The notes under the pieces are model-generated. The model was not told where the DNA came from. It did no database searches and saw nothing but the letters and a program-made list of their open reading frames with translations. Made by a program: the position numbers and the translations under genes. This document shows positions 23,757 through 33,562 of a DNA stretch of 64,000 nucleotides, one piece after another; position 1 is the stretch's first letter; each line of letters begins with the position of its first letter. The DNA lies in the NCBI GenBank assembly GCA_964482725.1, contig CAYZYT010000004.1, positions 104,063-168,062 on the forward strand, read 5' to 3'. This stretch comes from an uncultured bacterium. Its GTDB lineage: Bacteria > Omnitrophota > Omnitrophia > Omnitrophales > Aquincolibacteriaceae.

Positions 23757-26700
23757 ATGAATCTTCAAAAGATCTCAAAAGCGATCATCGCGATCAGCCT
23801 CGGGGTGTTTCTCGTTTCTCCTCAGGCTTTTTCCGAAACCTCTTCCGGCGCCTCTAAACGGTTTGTTTTATCTGCACAAGAAATGAAACTCGGGGCGACC
23901 CCCCAGCTTCTCCGAGTGGAAAACAAAAGCCCGGAAAAAACAGCCTACTCGGTCAAAGCTACGGTCCCCTGGATCACAGTCATGCCTCAGTCGGGCCAGA
24001 TCGATCCCGGATCCTTGGCTGTGATCACCGTCCAGAGGGATCCCTCTGCGAAACCGGCGAGTTCTACGCAAGCGGATATCGCGGTGGTGGTTACAGACAC
24101 GCAAAGCGGCGATGAATATAAAGCGGCGATTGTTTACGAAAGCAAGGAGGCCAAAGCGGAGCTTCGGGTTTCTCAAGGAAGTCTCGAATTTTCCGGAGTC
24201 CAAGGAAAAGCAATCGCTCCACAGAGTTTTGATATTCAAAACACCGGCAATGCGCCGCTGAATTTCAAGATTCAGTCTGGTGCGGCATGGCTCATCGTTC
24301 AGCCCGATGCCGGGACTTTGGACGCGGGGAAAGCAGCAAGGATTTCCGTAAACAGTAATCCGGAAAATATGCAGCCTGGGAAAAAAGAAGCTGTTCTGAA
24401 GATCACCAGTGACGGCGCGGCCAACAGCCCTCAGCAGGTCAAGGTGGTTGCGGCGGTGAATAAAAAACCCTCGGGAAAAAAAACAAAAGCTCCTCTCTCG
24501 GATCCCAAAACCGGAATGGTGGAACTTGCCGGAGGATTGTGGGAGAAGCGCGAAGAGGGTACGGATAAGTCGCAATACGCCCGCGGCGTTGTTCCCGGAG
24601 CGCTGAAAGGATTGGTGCTTCCGATCGGAGATGCGGACAAGGAATACTGGACTGAAACGCGGATGGGAAGCTCTGGGCATTATGACGAAGTGGAACTTAT
24701 GTATTCCCGGGAGCTTCATCTGATGGAACGGACGCCCAGAAAAGGGTATACGCCCTCTAAAATAATAGTTTGGCAGATGCATGTGGCCATGAATCTTTTC
24801 AGTCCCCGGGCCCAGTGGGGAGGGGAACCGGAACAAGAGTATATTTCCACCGCAGGCAGCTGGAGAAGTCAAGAACAGCATGGAGCTGTGCCTCAGCGGG
24901 GAGTTTCGGGGGCGGATAAAAGCTATGTCACCCAGCGCATCAACAAACAGTACGGAGCCGAAAAAACAGGGGAAAGCTGGCACTTCATTGTTTTGAAGGA
25001 CGGGGTCAGTTTCACACTAGAAGCGTCCACTTACAACGATACAGTCCAACGCTTTGGGATCGAACCCAATTTCTATCCCTGGGTCGAACAGCTCGTAAAA
25101 GAGATCTCCGCCAAGAAATGGCTTTCGATCTTCAGGCAGGGTAATTCCAAGTATGAAAAATTGCCGGATTTCATGAAACCTTTTGTCATCAATAAAGGGC
25201 TTTTGAACGCGGACGGTATCCTTTTGAGACAAGTGGGAACATCCGACTGGACCTCGCTCAGTCTCCACTATTGGACCAATGACTACAACCGTGATACCGG
25301 AGTTTATGGGCTAACGGCAAATGTGACGGTTACTTTTTATGTCCCTCGCGACAAAGGCGAGGAAATGGCGGTCCGCTTTTCGATGTTACCCGCTCAAGAC
25401 GAGTATAACGACTACTCAAAAGTTTCCTTCGGGGATGGCGGGTATAAAACCGTTAGCAAGAAATATCCGACGGACGTGAATTATTTGGTTCGCGTCGGAG
25501 CCGGTACCGTGAATGTAGGTTTGACTTCAGGGCGGACGATTTTAAATCCACCCGCGGATATTCTGGAAGAGCTCGTTGCAAAGATGCGGACGGTGGATTA
25601 TGCCGCGATCGAAGCTTATACCGGGAGTCCCGAGAGCGAGGAGGAATATGTTGAAGAAGTTTTGGATGAGGAGGCGTTTGAAGACGCGCCGCCTGCGGAC
25701 CTTGATCCAAGCTTCTGGGACCCGGGATATGACCCCGCGGTGGGCGGAGTACGCGTGGCACTGCCGGAAACACCCGGCCAACCCGCGGTTGATCCTACCA
25801 CGTATCAGCCTCAGCCCGGGGACAAGAGTACGAATGGGCTTGTTTGGTCCGGAGTTTACGGAGACTGGGTGCGGGGCGAGGTGTTTGACAACGAACAGCA
25901 GCAAAAAAAGCTCGGCCGCGTGTGGCAGGGGGATCAACGAGGCTGGGAAACTCCGTCAGAAACCAAAGAACGGGATGAGAATCTGCAGAAGTTTGAAAAA
26001 GGTAATGAGGTGGCGGATGCCGAGGAGCGTGAAAAATTAAAAAAGATCACGGATGCGATCCAGGAAGCTCGTGACAACCTTAAAAATCTCAAGGAAAAAG
26101 CCGCGAAGCGTGAAGAGCTCATGGCGAAACTGGATCAACTTGAAAAAGAACGGGAACAAGCTGAGAAAGACGCCAAGTGGAATTCCAGCGCGGTGATAAA
26201 CGCGACGGCGGAGCGGATCGCGCGGGAAGTCGCGACAGGCCAGACGGCGGAAGGGGCGACATCCTTCAAGGCGATGGGTCTGCGGATGCTCGCGGGTGTG
26301 GTGAGCGGAGGATCCTCGGAAATTGTTTACGCCTCCGCGGACGGGTGCTACCGGGTTTATGACAATCTTCTGAAAGGTGATTCCATGATGGCGGCGGTCG
26401 GCAAGACCGTGGCCACGATGGCGGCGGAAGAGGCATTTGGGCGCGCAGTGAGCGGGCTTGCGGCTTATGCCGGCAAAAAAGGATCCGAGGTTGGCCGAAA
26501 ATTGATCGGAGAAGCGGCCGAGACCGGAACGGCGAACCTGCCGAAAGGACTCGCCAAGACAAAAAATGCGGTTGAAAAAGCCCTGAAAGAAACCCCGGCC
26601 ATGAAAGAGACGGCGGCGCTCAGGAAAAAATACAGCATCAGTGCCAAGGAGGATGTGGATCTGCTCATTCAGCAGGGACGCATCAAGCCCAAGGAAGCGA

Positions 26701-27758
26701 TCAAGTTGAAACAGGCCCTCGGAGATGAAGCCGCAAAGACCCGGGAAATTCTGGCTCTTTATAAACAGGACGGCATGAAGAAACTGAGCGAGCTTGAGCG
26801 TAAAGGACATCTCGGGACGAATGAGGCCAAAAAGATCAACGATGTCGTGAGTCGCGAGGTCAACGATTCGATCGACAAAGGCGTCAAGAAAACGATGGGC
26901 GAATTTGAGGAGAAAACGGGCGTTAAAATAAAAGAGGTGATGGTGGGTGACAGCGGGTCCAGCGCGGGACGCAAAGCCCGTTCCATCAAGACGGACGCCG
27001 ACAGAACCGTGGTGGTCGATTTCGATGAAGCTTCTCTTAAAGCCTATGCGGATAAGAACTGCAAAGGCAACGTGCAGGAGGCTTACGACAAACTATCCAA
27101 GAAGTTCGCCGCGAAGCAGGACAGTTTGGTGGCAAAAGAACTCGAGAAAAAGGGTGTTAGCGCGAAGGCTGTGGACTATAAAACTTATGACCGGTTCGGG
27201 AAGCCGGGTCTCGATGACTCCTATCCTGGGACTTTCGTGAAGACCGTTCAGGCGACGAAAGGAAAGACGACGGTTTATAAAACGGGCAAGGTACAGGACG
27301 ACGGCAAATTTTCCAAGTTTGCCGATGGGCAGGTAAAAACGGTTAAAACAAGCGGACAAACGATCGTGGATCAGGAGGCTCTTATCAATCAAAAGATCAG
27401 CGGGACAGCTGTCGTCGAAGGCCCGAAGATCGATACGGGTGAGAGCGGGGCTTTGATGGCTCAGCAGAAACAGGCCCTCGCGAAGTCCGGCGTGACGGCG
27501 GAAAAGGCGGCGAAGGCGCTTGAACGAGCCGACAAGGCCCTCGCGCTTGATGGGGCGGCGAAGAATCTGGAAATCCTGAAAGCGGGTGGCAAGGTGTCCG
27601 ATCTAATCACGACACCCCGGATCGATCCGGACCTTTTGGCGAAGGCGAAAGCCATCCGTGACAATCCGCAGCAGGTCAAACAGATCCTCGGGAATCAAAG
27701 CGAAGAGGCTTTCGTCAAGGAATTGGAAGATGCGGTGGATGGAGCTGCATCTAAATAG
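23757..27758 (+). CDS. Large secreted hypothetical protein (1,333 aa).
   Basis: Signal peptide MNLQKISKAIIAISLGVFLVSPQAFS. Two beta-rich N-terminal domains are followed by a globular region, a long charged/coiled-coil segment, and a Lys/Thr-rich C-terminal domain. Confidence 0.6.
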   Translation: MNLQKISKAIIAISLGVFLVSPQAFSETSSGASKRFVLSAQEMKLGATPQLLRVENKSPEKTAYSVKATVPWITVMPQSGQIDPGSLAVITVQRDPSAKPASSTQADIAVVVTDTQSGDEYKAAIVYESKEAKAELRVSQGSLEFSGVQGKAIAPQSFDIQNTGNAPLNFKIQSGAAWLIVQPDAGTLDAGKAARISVNSNPENMQPGKKEAVLKITSDGAANSPQQVKVVAAVNKKPSGKKTKAPLSDPKTGMVELAGGLWEKREEGTDKSQYARGVVPGALKGLVLPIGDADKEYWTETRMGSSGHYDEVELMYSRELHLMERTPRKGYTPSKIIVWQMHVAMNLFSPRAQWGGEPEQEYISTAGSWRSQEQHGAVPQRGVSGADKSYVTQRINKQYGAEKTGESWHFIVLKDGVSFTLEASTYNDTVQRFGIEPNFYPWVEQLVKEISAKKWLSIFRQGNSKYEKLPDFMKPFVINKGLLNADGILLRQVGTSDWTSLSLHYWTNDYNRDTGVYGLTANVTVTFYVPRDKGEEMAVRFSMLPAQDEYNDYSKVSFGDGGYKTVSKKYPTDVNYLVRVGAGTVNVGLTSGRTILNPPADILEELVAKMRTVDYAAIEAYTGSPESEEEYVEEVLDEEAFEDAPPADLDPSFWDPGYDPAVGGVRVALPETPGQPAVDPTTYQPQPGDKSTNGLVWSGVYGDWVRGEVFDNEQQQKKLGRVWQGDQRGWETPSETKERDENLQKFEKGNEVADAEEREKLKKITDAIQEARDNLKNLKEKAAKREELMAKLDQLEKEREQAEKDAKWNSSAVINATAERIAREVATGQTAEGATSFKAMGLRMLAGVVSGGSSEIVYASADGCYRVYDNLLKGDSMMAAVGKTVATMAAEEAFGRAVSGLAAYAGKKGSEVGRKLIGEAAETGTANLPKGLAKTKNAVEKALKETPAMKETAALRKKYSISAKEDVDLLIQQGRIKPKEAIKLKQALGDEAAKTREILALYKQDGMKKLSELERKGHLGTNEAKKINDVVSREVNDSIDKGVKKTMGEFEEKTGVKIKEVMVGDSGSSAGRKARSIKTDADRTVVVDFDEASLKAYADKNCKGNVQEAYDKLSKKFAAKQDSLVAKELEKKGVSAKAVDYKTYDRFGKPGLDDSYPGTFVKTVQATKGKTTVYKTGKVQDDGKFSKFADGQVKTVKTSGQTIVDQEALINQKISGTAVVEGPKIDTGESGALMAQQKQALAKSGVTAEKAAKALERADKALALDGAAKNLEILKAGGKVSDLITTPRIDPDLLAKAKAIRDNPQQVKQILGNQSEEAFVKELEDAVDGAASK

Positions 27759-27911
27759 GATTTTTCGATTTTTAGCGTCTAAATCGGAAAAGCGTGGCTA
27801 CAAAGCCAAACGGCACATGACACACGAAAGGCCTTTTGTCTTGGGACTTTGTCACTTTCCGCCATATCGTCATTTGACCTCCCCCCCGTTATCTGAAATA
27901 ATACCCGCCAT

Positions 27912-28598
27912 ATGAAACACAATCCTTTCTACTCTATCTATCGCGACTTTAAGGCCTGCTTCGAGCGTGATCCGGCTGCCCGGACGCCATTTGGTGCGCT
28001 CGAGGTCATTTTTCTCTATGCCGGTCTTCATGCCGTTCTTTTCTACCGATTCGCGCATGTCCTCTATAGAGTAGGGATTCCTTTCATCCCCAGGCTCATT
28101 TCCCAGATCGCCCGGTTTCTGACCGGGGTGGAGATCCATCCGGGAGCTAAGATCGCTCCTGGATTTTTTATTGATCACGGGATGGGCGTGGTGATCGGTG
28201 AGACGACAGAGATCGGCGAGAATGTGACGATCTATCAGGGCGTAACGCTCGGGGGGACGGGGAAAGAGCGCGGCAAACGCCATCCCACACTTGGTCATAA
28301 CGTGGTGGTGGGCGTGGGTGCCAAGGTCCTCGGAAATATCAAGATCGGGGACCATGTGAAGATCGGAGGAGGATCGGTCGTGATCCACTCAGTGCCGGAT
28401 CATTGCACTGTGGTCGGCGTTCCGGCCGAGATCGTTCGCATTGACGGTCAAAAAGTTGAAGAGGTCGATCTTGAGCACGGCGATCTGCCGGACCCTGTAA
28501 GAGAGCTCAAGAATCGCGTTCGTGAACTTCAAAAAGAAGTCGAATCCCTTGAAGCGCATCATAAAGGGCAAAATCTTAAAAAGCCGGGAAACGGATAA
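27912..28598 (+). CDS. cysE: Serine O-acetyltransferase.
   Basis: Hexapeptide-repeat core [38 protein letters not shown] and an N-terminal SATase helix domain. Confidence 0.85.
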   Translation: MKHNPFYSIYRDFKACFERDPAARTPFGALEVIFLYAGLHAVLFYRFAHVLYRVGIPFIPRLISQIARFLTGVEIHPGAKIAPGFFIDHGMGVVIGETTEIGENVTIYQGVTLGGTGKERGKRHPTLGHNVVVGVGAKVLGNIKIGDHVKIGGGSVVIHSVPDHCTVVGVPAEIVRIDGQKVEEVDLEHGDLPDPVRELKNRVRELQKEVESLEAHHKGQNLKKPGNG

Positions 28599-28668
28599 CG
28601 GATGGCGGATGGCGAAAAGCAAAAAACAAAAGGTTTGACGCCATCCTCCATCCGCCATCCTCCATCCG
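28599..28668 (+). repeat. GGATGG/CCATCC hairpin element, copy D, at the cysE-rnhA junction. It supplies the rnhA ATG and the first ~22 codons.
   Basis: cggatggcggatggcg-aaaagcaaaaaacaaaaggtttga-cgccatcctccatccgccatcctccatccg. Translated MADGEKQKTKGLTPSSIRHPPSG. Confidence 0.7.
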
Positions 28669-29075
28669 GAAGGAAAGGCAAGATCTACTCCGACGGGGGG
28701 GCGCGCGGAAATCCGGGGCCCGCGGCGATCGGCGTGCTAGTTTGTGATGAGAAGGACCACCGGCTGAGCGATCATGGCGAAACGATTGGGGATGCGACCA
28801 ACAATGTTGCGGAATACACGGCGGTGGTCCGGGGCTTGACCCTGGCGGCGGAATTGGGTATCTCCGAAGCGGATTATTTCTTGGATAGCGAACTTGTCGC
28901 GCGCCAACTTTCCGGAATTTATAGGCTCAAGGCCGAGCATCTCAAGCCTTTCTTCAATCAGGTCAAAGAACTTGAAAAGAAGTTCAAACGCATCACCTAT
29001 TTTCATGTTCCGCGCGAGCATCCGAAGATCAAGTATGTTGATCGGCTCGTGAATCTCGCGCTTGACCGGGAGTAA
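28602..29075 (+). CDS. rnhA: Ribonuclease HI.
   Basis: KIYSDGGARGNPGPAAIGVL ... NNVAEYTAVVRGL (DEDD RNase H fold). The start codon lies inside the hairpin repeat, copy D. Confidence 0.8.
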   Translation: MADGEKQKTKGLTPSSIRHPPSGRKGKIYSDGGARGNPGPAAIGVLVCDEKDHRLSDHGETIGDATNNVAEYTAVVRGLTLAAELGISEADYFLDSELVARQLSGIYRLKAEHLKPFFNQVKELEKKFKRITYFHVPREHPKIKYVDRLVNLALDRE

Positions 29076-29078
29076 TAC

Positions 29079-29426
29079 GTGGCCACGGCGCTCATCGGGA
29101 TCCTCGGCGGCTTTCTCAGCGGGCTTTTCGGGGTCGGCGGCGGGGTTATCTTTGTGCCGCTTCTGATGCTTCTTAAAGGATTCGATATTCATCGTGCGGT
29201 TGGGACATCGCTTCTGATCATTATTTTTACGGCGCTTTCGGGAGCATTCTTTCACGGGAAAGCGGGGATGGTGGATTGGAAAGCCGCAGTGATCCTGGGG
29301 ATTTTCAGCGTGCTCGGCGTTTGGCTCGGAACCAAGCTTTCACTCAAGCTTGATGCCGTCATGCTCCAGCGTTTTTTCGCGATATTTTTAGTGGCCGTTG
29401 CGATCAAGATTTTTTTCTTTAAGTGA
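29079..29426 (+). CDS. Half-length, single-repeat TauE/SafE-family membrane protein (115 aa).
   Basis: GILGGFLSGLFGVGGGVIFVPLLM is the TauE/SafE signature. Typical members are ~250 aa with two such repeats. Confidence 0.6.
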   Translation: MATALIGILGGFLSGLFGVGGGVIFVPLLMLLKGFDIHRAVGTSLLIIIFTALSGAFFHGKAGMVDWKAAVILGIFSVLGVWLGTKLSLKLDAVMLQRFFAIFLVAVAIKIFFFK

Positions 29427-29541
29427 CGCCAAGGGCGTCATCCCCGAATGGTGGAGTCGGGGATTCACGTTCTGGATTCCCGCCCGAGGCATGCGGGAAT
29501 GATAAAAAGGGGAATTATTTCAACCTAAGGGAGATGAATAC

Positions 29542-31065
29542 ATGAAAGTTTCATTAACGAGTTTGACGCGCTCTGCCGCCAAGGCGGATCTTTTTGTGGC
29601 GGGTTATTTTAAAGGTGAGAAGGATCTGAAGGCGCTTAAAAAGATCGATGCTGTATTCGCAAGAGCGGCGGCAGGGGCCATTTCTAAAAAGCGCTTTGAA
29701 GGAAAAACGGGCGAAGTTTTCAGCTCGTATCAGACCGGATATCGCCAGGCTCCTGAAATGTTGCTGCTGGGCCTGGGTGAGAAAAAAGAGCTTAAGGCCG
29801 CCTCTTTAAGGAAAACCGTTGGAACGCTGATCGGACTCGCCGGCGGACGGAAGGCCATGAAAGTCCGGGTGCTTCTGGATTCCTTTCTGACGGAGGCGGT
29901 CCCCGCGGAAGAGGCAGCGAAGATCCTGACGGAGATCGCCCTTTTGGCGTCGTACCGTTTTACGGAGTACAAATCAAAGAAGAAAGACGATCCGCCGAAA
30001 GCGCCGGAATCTCTGGAACTTGTTACTGAAAAAAAGGAGCTTCTTTCCTCGCTTCGTCCTGCCATGGTGCGTGCCGAGAAGATTGCTAAGGCCGTTCTTT
30101 TTGCCCGGGATCTTAATAATGAACCGGGGAATGTGATGAACCCCCCGCGACTTGCCAGTGAGGCCAAGAAACTCGCGGCTGAGAAAAAAATAGAGTGCCG
30201 GGTTTTGGGACTGGCGGAGCTGAAGAAAATGGGCATGAACGGGATCCTGTCCGTGAATCAAGGGAGCGTGACGCCGCCCGCCCTGATCATCATGGAATAC
30301 GGGAAAGAGCACAAAGACCAAGGAACGGTCTGTCTCGTCGGGAAAGGCGTGACTTTTGATACGGGCGGCATTTCCATCAAGCCTTCAAAAGGCATGGAAG
30401 AAATGAAATACGACAAGTCCGGCGCGATCGCCGTGATCGCCACCATGGGGCTTGTGTCCGACCTCAAGCTGCCGCTTCACATCGTTGCTCTCGCGCCTTC
30501 CGTAGAAAACAATGTCGCGGCGGATCCTCAGCGTCCCGGGGATATCATCCGGATGTACAACGGGAAGACGGTGGAAGTGATGAACACGGATGCCGAAGGT
30601 CGGCTTATTCTCGCGGATGCCCTGTCGTATTGTGCTGAGTTCAAGCCGATGGCGATCATCGATGCGGCCACGCTGACGGGGATGTGCCACCACACGTTTG
30701 GGGACAAGACCTGCGGGATCCTCGGAACGGACCAGAAATTGATCGACGCCATACAAAAAGCCGGCGAAAAGGTTGGAGAGCGGTGCTGGCAACTTCCGCT
30801 TTGGGAAGAGTATGGGGAGTGCATCAAATCGCATCACTCGGACCTTAAAAACACCGGCGACGGCTATGCCGGGACGATCACGGCGACAATGTTCCTCAAG
30901 GAATTTGTGCCGGAGAAAACGCCATGGGTACATCTCGACATCGCGGGAACAGCTTGTTGTACTTCTAACCAGTTCGATTGCCCGAAGGGTGCGAATGGTT
31001 TTGGCGTGAGGCTTTTTGCCGAAGTCCTTTCGAACTGGAGTTCCGAGAATATATCCAAAAAATAA
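29542..31065 (+). CDS. pepA: Leucyl aminopeptidase (M17 family).
   Basis: VGKGVTFDTGGISIKP and NTDAEGRLILADAL catalytic motifs. Confidence 0.9.
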   Translation: MKVSLTSLTRSAAKADLFVAGYFKGEKDLKALKKIDAVFARAAAGAISKKRFEGKTGEVFSSYQTGYRQAPEMLLLGLGEKKELKAASLRKTVGTLIGLAGGRKAMKVRVLLDSFLTEAVPAEEAAKILTEIALLASYRFTEYKSKKKDDPPKAPESLELVTEKKELLSSLRPAMVRAEKIAKAVLFARDLNNEPGNVMNPPRLASEAKKLAAEKKIECRVLGLAELKKMGMNGILSVNQGSVTPPALIIMEYGKEHKDQGTVCLVGKGVTFDTGGISIKPSKGMEEMKYDKSGAIAVIATMGLVSDLKLPLHIVALAPSVENNVAADPQRPGDIIRMYNGKTVEVMNTDAEGRLILADALSYCAEFKPMAIIDAATLTGMCHHTFGDKTCGILGTDQKLIDAIQKAGEKVGERCWQLPLWEEYGECIKSHHSDLKNTGDGYAGTITATMFLKEFVPEKTPWVHLDIAGTACCTSNQFDCPKGANGFGVRLFAEVLSNWSSENISKK

Positions 31066-31248
31066 GGCGTGGGTTCCTCTTGTTAGAGGTTTAACCTAAC
31101 AACGGCTCGTTGCTTTTGTGTACGGACGGCTCAGGGGAAATCGAATGTCTCTTACGCCATTTGAGCCTCTCGCGGAGTAAAGATTTCTTCGGGAAAGTCG
31201 TTAGATTAACAGCAAGGAAATAGCAGGTTTTTAAGGAGGAGAGCATCC

Positions 31249-31689
31249 ATGAAAAAACACTTTGCTTGTCTCATTGTCTTTTTGATGATCTTTGCGTCCT
31301 TGTCGCCGGCGGCTTTTGCGGTGGGAGGCAAAGAATTCGGAGCTTCTTTGCTTTTGCCGACTACCGGTCAGGCGCTGAATGGTGAGATCGGAGCTACCAA
31401 AACGAAGATCATGGCCGGCATTGAAGTGGCCGCCGTGACGACGACGATCCTTCTTGCCACGCTGACCACCGGAGGTCTTTTTTGGGTCGGTCTCGGGCCT
31501 CTTATTGCCAACCATGCGTGGAGTGCCGCGGATGCTTTCAAAACCGCGCGCAACGGAAACAACAACGATCCGTATATCCAACAACAGCTTTCTTCGGCCC
31601 AGCGAACCCTGGACGTGTCCCGGCAGAACCGTTTTGACCGGGAATCCGATATTCGCCAGAGGATCCTGAAGGCCGGTGAGCAGTCCTAG
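31249..31689 (+). CDS. Hypothetical secreted/membrane protein (146 aa).
   Basis: Signal peptide MKKHFACLIVFLMIFASLSPAAFA, GGAGGAG RBS, and a rho-independent terminator downstream. Confidence 0.55.
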   Translation: MKKHFACLIVFLMIFASLSPAAFAVGGKEFGASLLLPTTGQALNGEIGATKTKIMAGIEVAAVTTTILLATLTTGGLFWVGLGPLIANHAWSAADAFKTARNGNNNDPYIQQQLSSAQRTLDVSRQNRFDRESDIRQRILKAGEQS

Positions 31690-31721
31690 AAGATTCGCTC
31701 TTTGATTTTTTGATATTGCGA

Positions 31722-31756
31722 AAGGCCTGGTCCGTGCGATCAGGCCTTTTTTTTCC
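31722..31756 (+). terminator. Rho-independent terminator.
   Basis: aggcctgg-tccgtgcgat-caggcct followed by T9. Confidence 0.7.
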
Positions 31757-31848
31757 AACCCAGACTGGTTCAAGTTTAATTTTTAGGGGTCAACGCTACA
31801 GCGCTGCGAATCCCTAGAACCCATTGGAGCGCAGCGCTAGAGGAATTC

Positions 31849-33180
31849 ATGAAAGACAGTCAAAGGCGGCTTGTTTTTTCCCAGCTCCGTATGGCGACCG
31901 AAGTCTGGCAAGGGGTCGTGAAGGATCCCATGCCGTCCGATCGGTGGCTTGCGCGCTATTTTTATCAGAACCGGAAAAAAGTTGGTTCTCGCGACCGCAA
32001 GTTTCTTTCCGAAACAATCTACGCGATCTTTCGCCATAAAAGTTTTCTGGAGGCCTGGGTCGAGAAGGCCAAGCCGCGGCCGATCATGAGCGATCTCGAA
32101 CGGGCCGAAAGCCTTTGCCTTTATGCCGCGGCGAAGGAAGGGCTTATCACGAGAGATGATTTTCGCGAGTTCTTCAAACAAGGCGAAAAGGTCTATGCGG
32201 CCCTGCAGGAGCATCTTCTTCCCGAAGGTGAAGGGCCGAAGTCTAAGGAAGAAATGATGGCGCTTCTTTATTCTTTCCCCCTGTGGCTGGTCCATCACTG
32301 GGTCGAGGTGTTCGGCGTGGTTGAGACCGAACGTTTGGTGGCGTTCTTCCAGCAGAGACCGCTTCTTGTGCTTCGTGCCAACACGCTTAAGATCAGCCGT
32401 AAAAAACTTGTCGATATGTTCCGCCGTCTTGGCGTTGAGGCCAACCAGACGACGCGGTCTTATTTCGGGCTTATGCTGCAGGAGCGACGTAATGTGTTCG
32501 ATACTCCGGCTTTTCGCGACGGATGGTTCGAGGTCCAGGATGAAGGCAGTCAAATGGTCTGTCAAATCATGGATCCTCAACCTGGAGAGAGCATTTGGGA
32601 CGTTTGCGCGGGCGGTGGCGGGAAGAGCTTGCTTTTGGCGGCGATGATGGAGAATAAAGGGCGTATCGTGGCGACGGATCTGCGCTCTTATAAGTTGGAA
32701 GAGCTTAAAAAGAGAGCTAAGCGGGCCGGGGTTTTTAATATTTTCCCCGCGGAATTGGACCGCATGGCGGACCTCAAGCTGGCGCAAAGAGGGTTCGAGA
32801 GGATCCTGGTGGACGCGCCGTGTTCCGGAACCGGGACCCTGGGGCGGAATCCTGACGCAAAATGGAAACTCGCCCCCGCGTGGTTTGAAGCGCTTCCGAA
32901 AGAACAACTCGCGATCCTTGAAAAAGCATTGCCCTATCTTGCCGAAAACGGCAAACTGTATTACGCCACTTGTTCGGTGGAGGCTGCGGAGAATGAATCC
33001 GTCGCCCAGGCGTTCCTGGCGGCACATCCCGAGCTTGAGATCGTTCCTTGCGGGGAAGCGGGGGAAACATTCTTTAAATTATGGCCGCCGGAGAGCGGGA
33101 CAGATGGTTTCTTTCTTGCGGTTTTTAAAAAAATCAATGAAGGCCCAAAGGTGGAGAATAAGACATGGAAAAAAAGATAA
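31849..33180 (+). CDS. rsmB: 16S rRNA m5C methyltransferase (RsmB/Sun, NOL1/NOP2 family).
   Basis: DVCAGGGGKS motif I, DAPCSGTGTLGRNPD, an active-site Cys region and an N-terminal NusB-like domain. Confidence 0.8.
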   Translation: MKDSQRRLVFSQLRMATEVWQGVVKDPMPSDRWLARYFYQNRKKVGSRDRKFLSETIYAIFRHKSFLEAWVEKAKPRPIMSDLERAESLCLYAAAKEGLITRDDFREFFKQGEKVYAALQEHLLPEGEGPKSKEEMMALLYSFPLWLVHHWVEVFGVVETERLVAFFQQRPLLVLRANTLKISRKKLVDMFRRLGVEANQTTRSYFGLMLQERRNVFDTPAFRDGWFEVQDEGSQMVCQIMDPQPGESIWDVCAGGGGKSLLLAAMMENKGRIVATDLRSYKLEELKKRAKRAGVFNIFPAELDRMADLKLAQRGFERILVDAPCSGTGTLGRNPDAKWKLAPAWFEALPKEQLAILEKALPYLAENGKLYYATCSVEAAENESVAQAFLAAHPELEIVPCGEAGETFFKLWPPESGTDGFFLAVFKKINEGPKVENKTWKKR

Positions 33181-33527
33181 TGTGGGTTCTTGTCGGACTT
33201 TTATTGTTGGGGGCGGACTCCCTTTTTGCGGCAGAAACCGTGAAAAAAGAAAACGCTTTTAAACAGATCGCTTCGATCGAAAAGCGAGGCTTGGTGAATC
33301 TTCTTACTTCGCCCGGGGAGTTGGTGTATACATTCAAGGAGGAAAAGAAATCTCATCCCAAGGCGTGGCCTGTCACCTATGTTCCGCGTCTCTTCACGAA
33401 CACGGCGATACGATGGGGATCGAGCGTGAATGATTTTATCGTACTTCCCTGGTATGCGGCGGCAAGTGATGACACGCCTCTGACGCGGCATTTCGAGCTG
33501 CCGGATTATGTTTGGGAGAAGGAATAA
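33165..33527 (+). CDS. Small secreted protein, paralog 1 (KRGLVNLLTSPGEL motif).
   Basis: Signal peptide MEKKIMWVLVGLLLLGADSLFAAE. It shares a G-L-x-N-x-x-T-S-P motif with the 34960..35478 ORF. Confidence 0.5.
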   Translation: MEKKIMWVLVGLLLLGADSLFAAETVKKENAFKQIASIEKRGLVNLLTSPGELVYTFKEEKKSHPKAWPVTYVPRLFTNTAIRWGSSVNDFIVLPWYAAASDDTPLTRHFELPDYVWEKE

Positions 33528-33562
33528 AAAAGCACGCGTTTTCCATATCCCGGGGTCTTACG

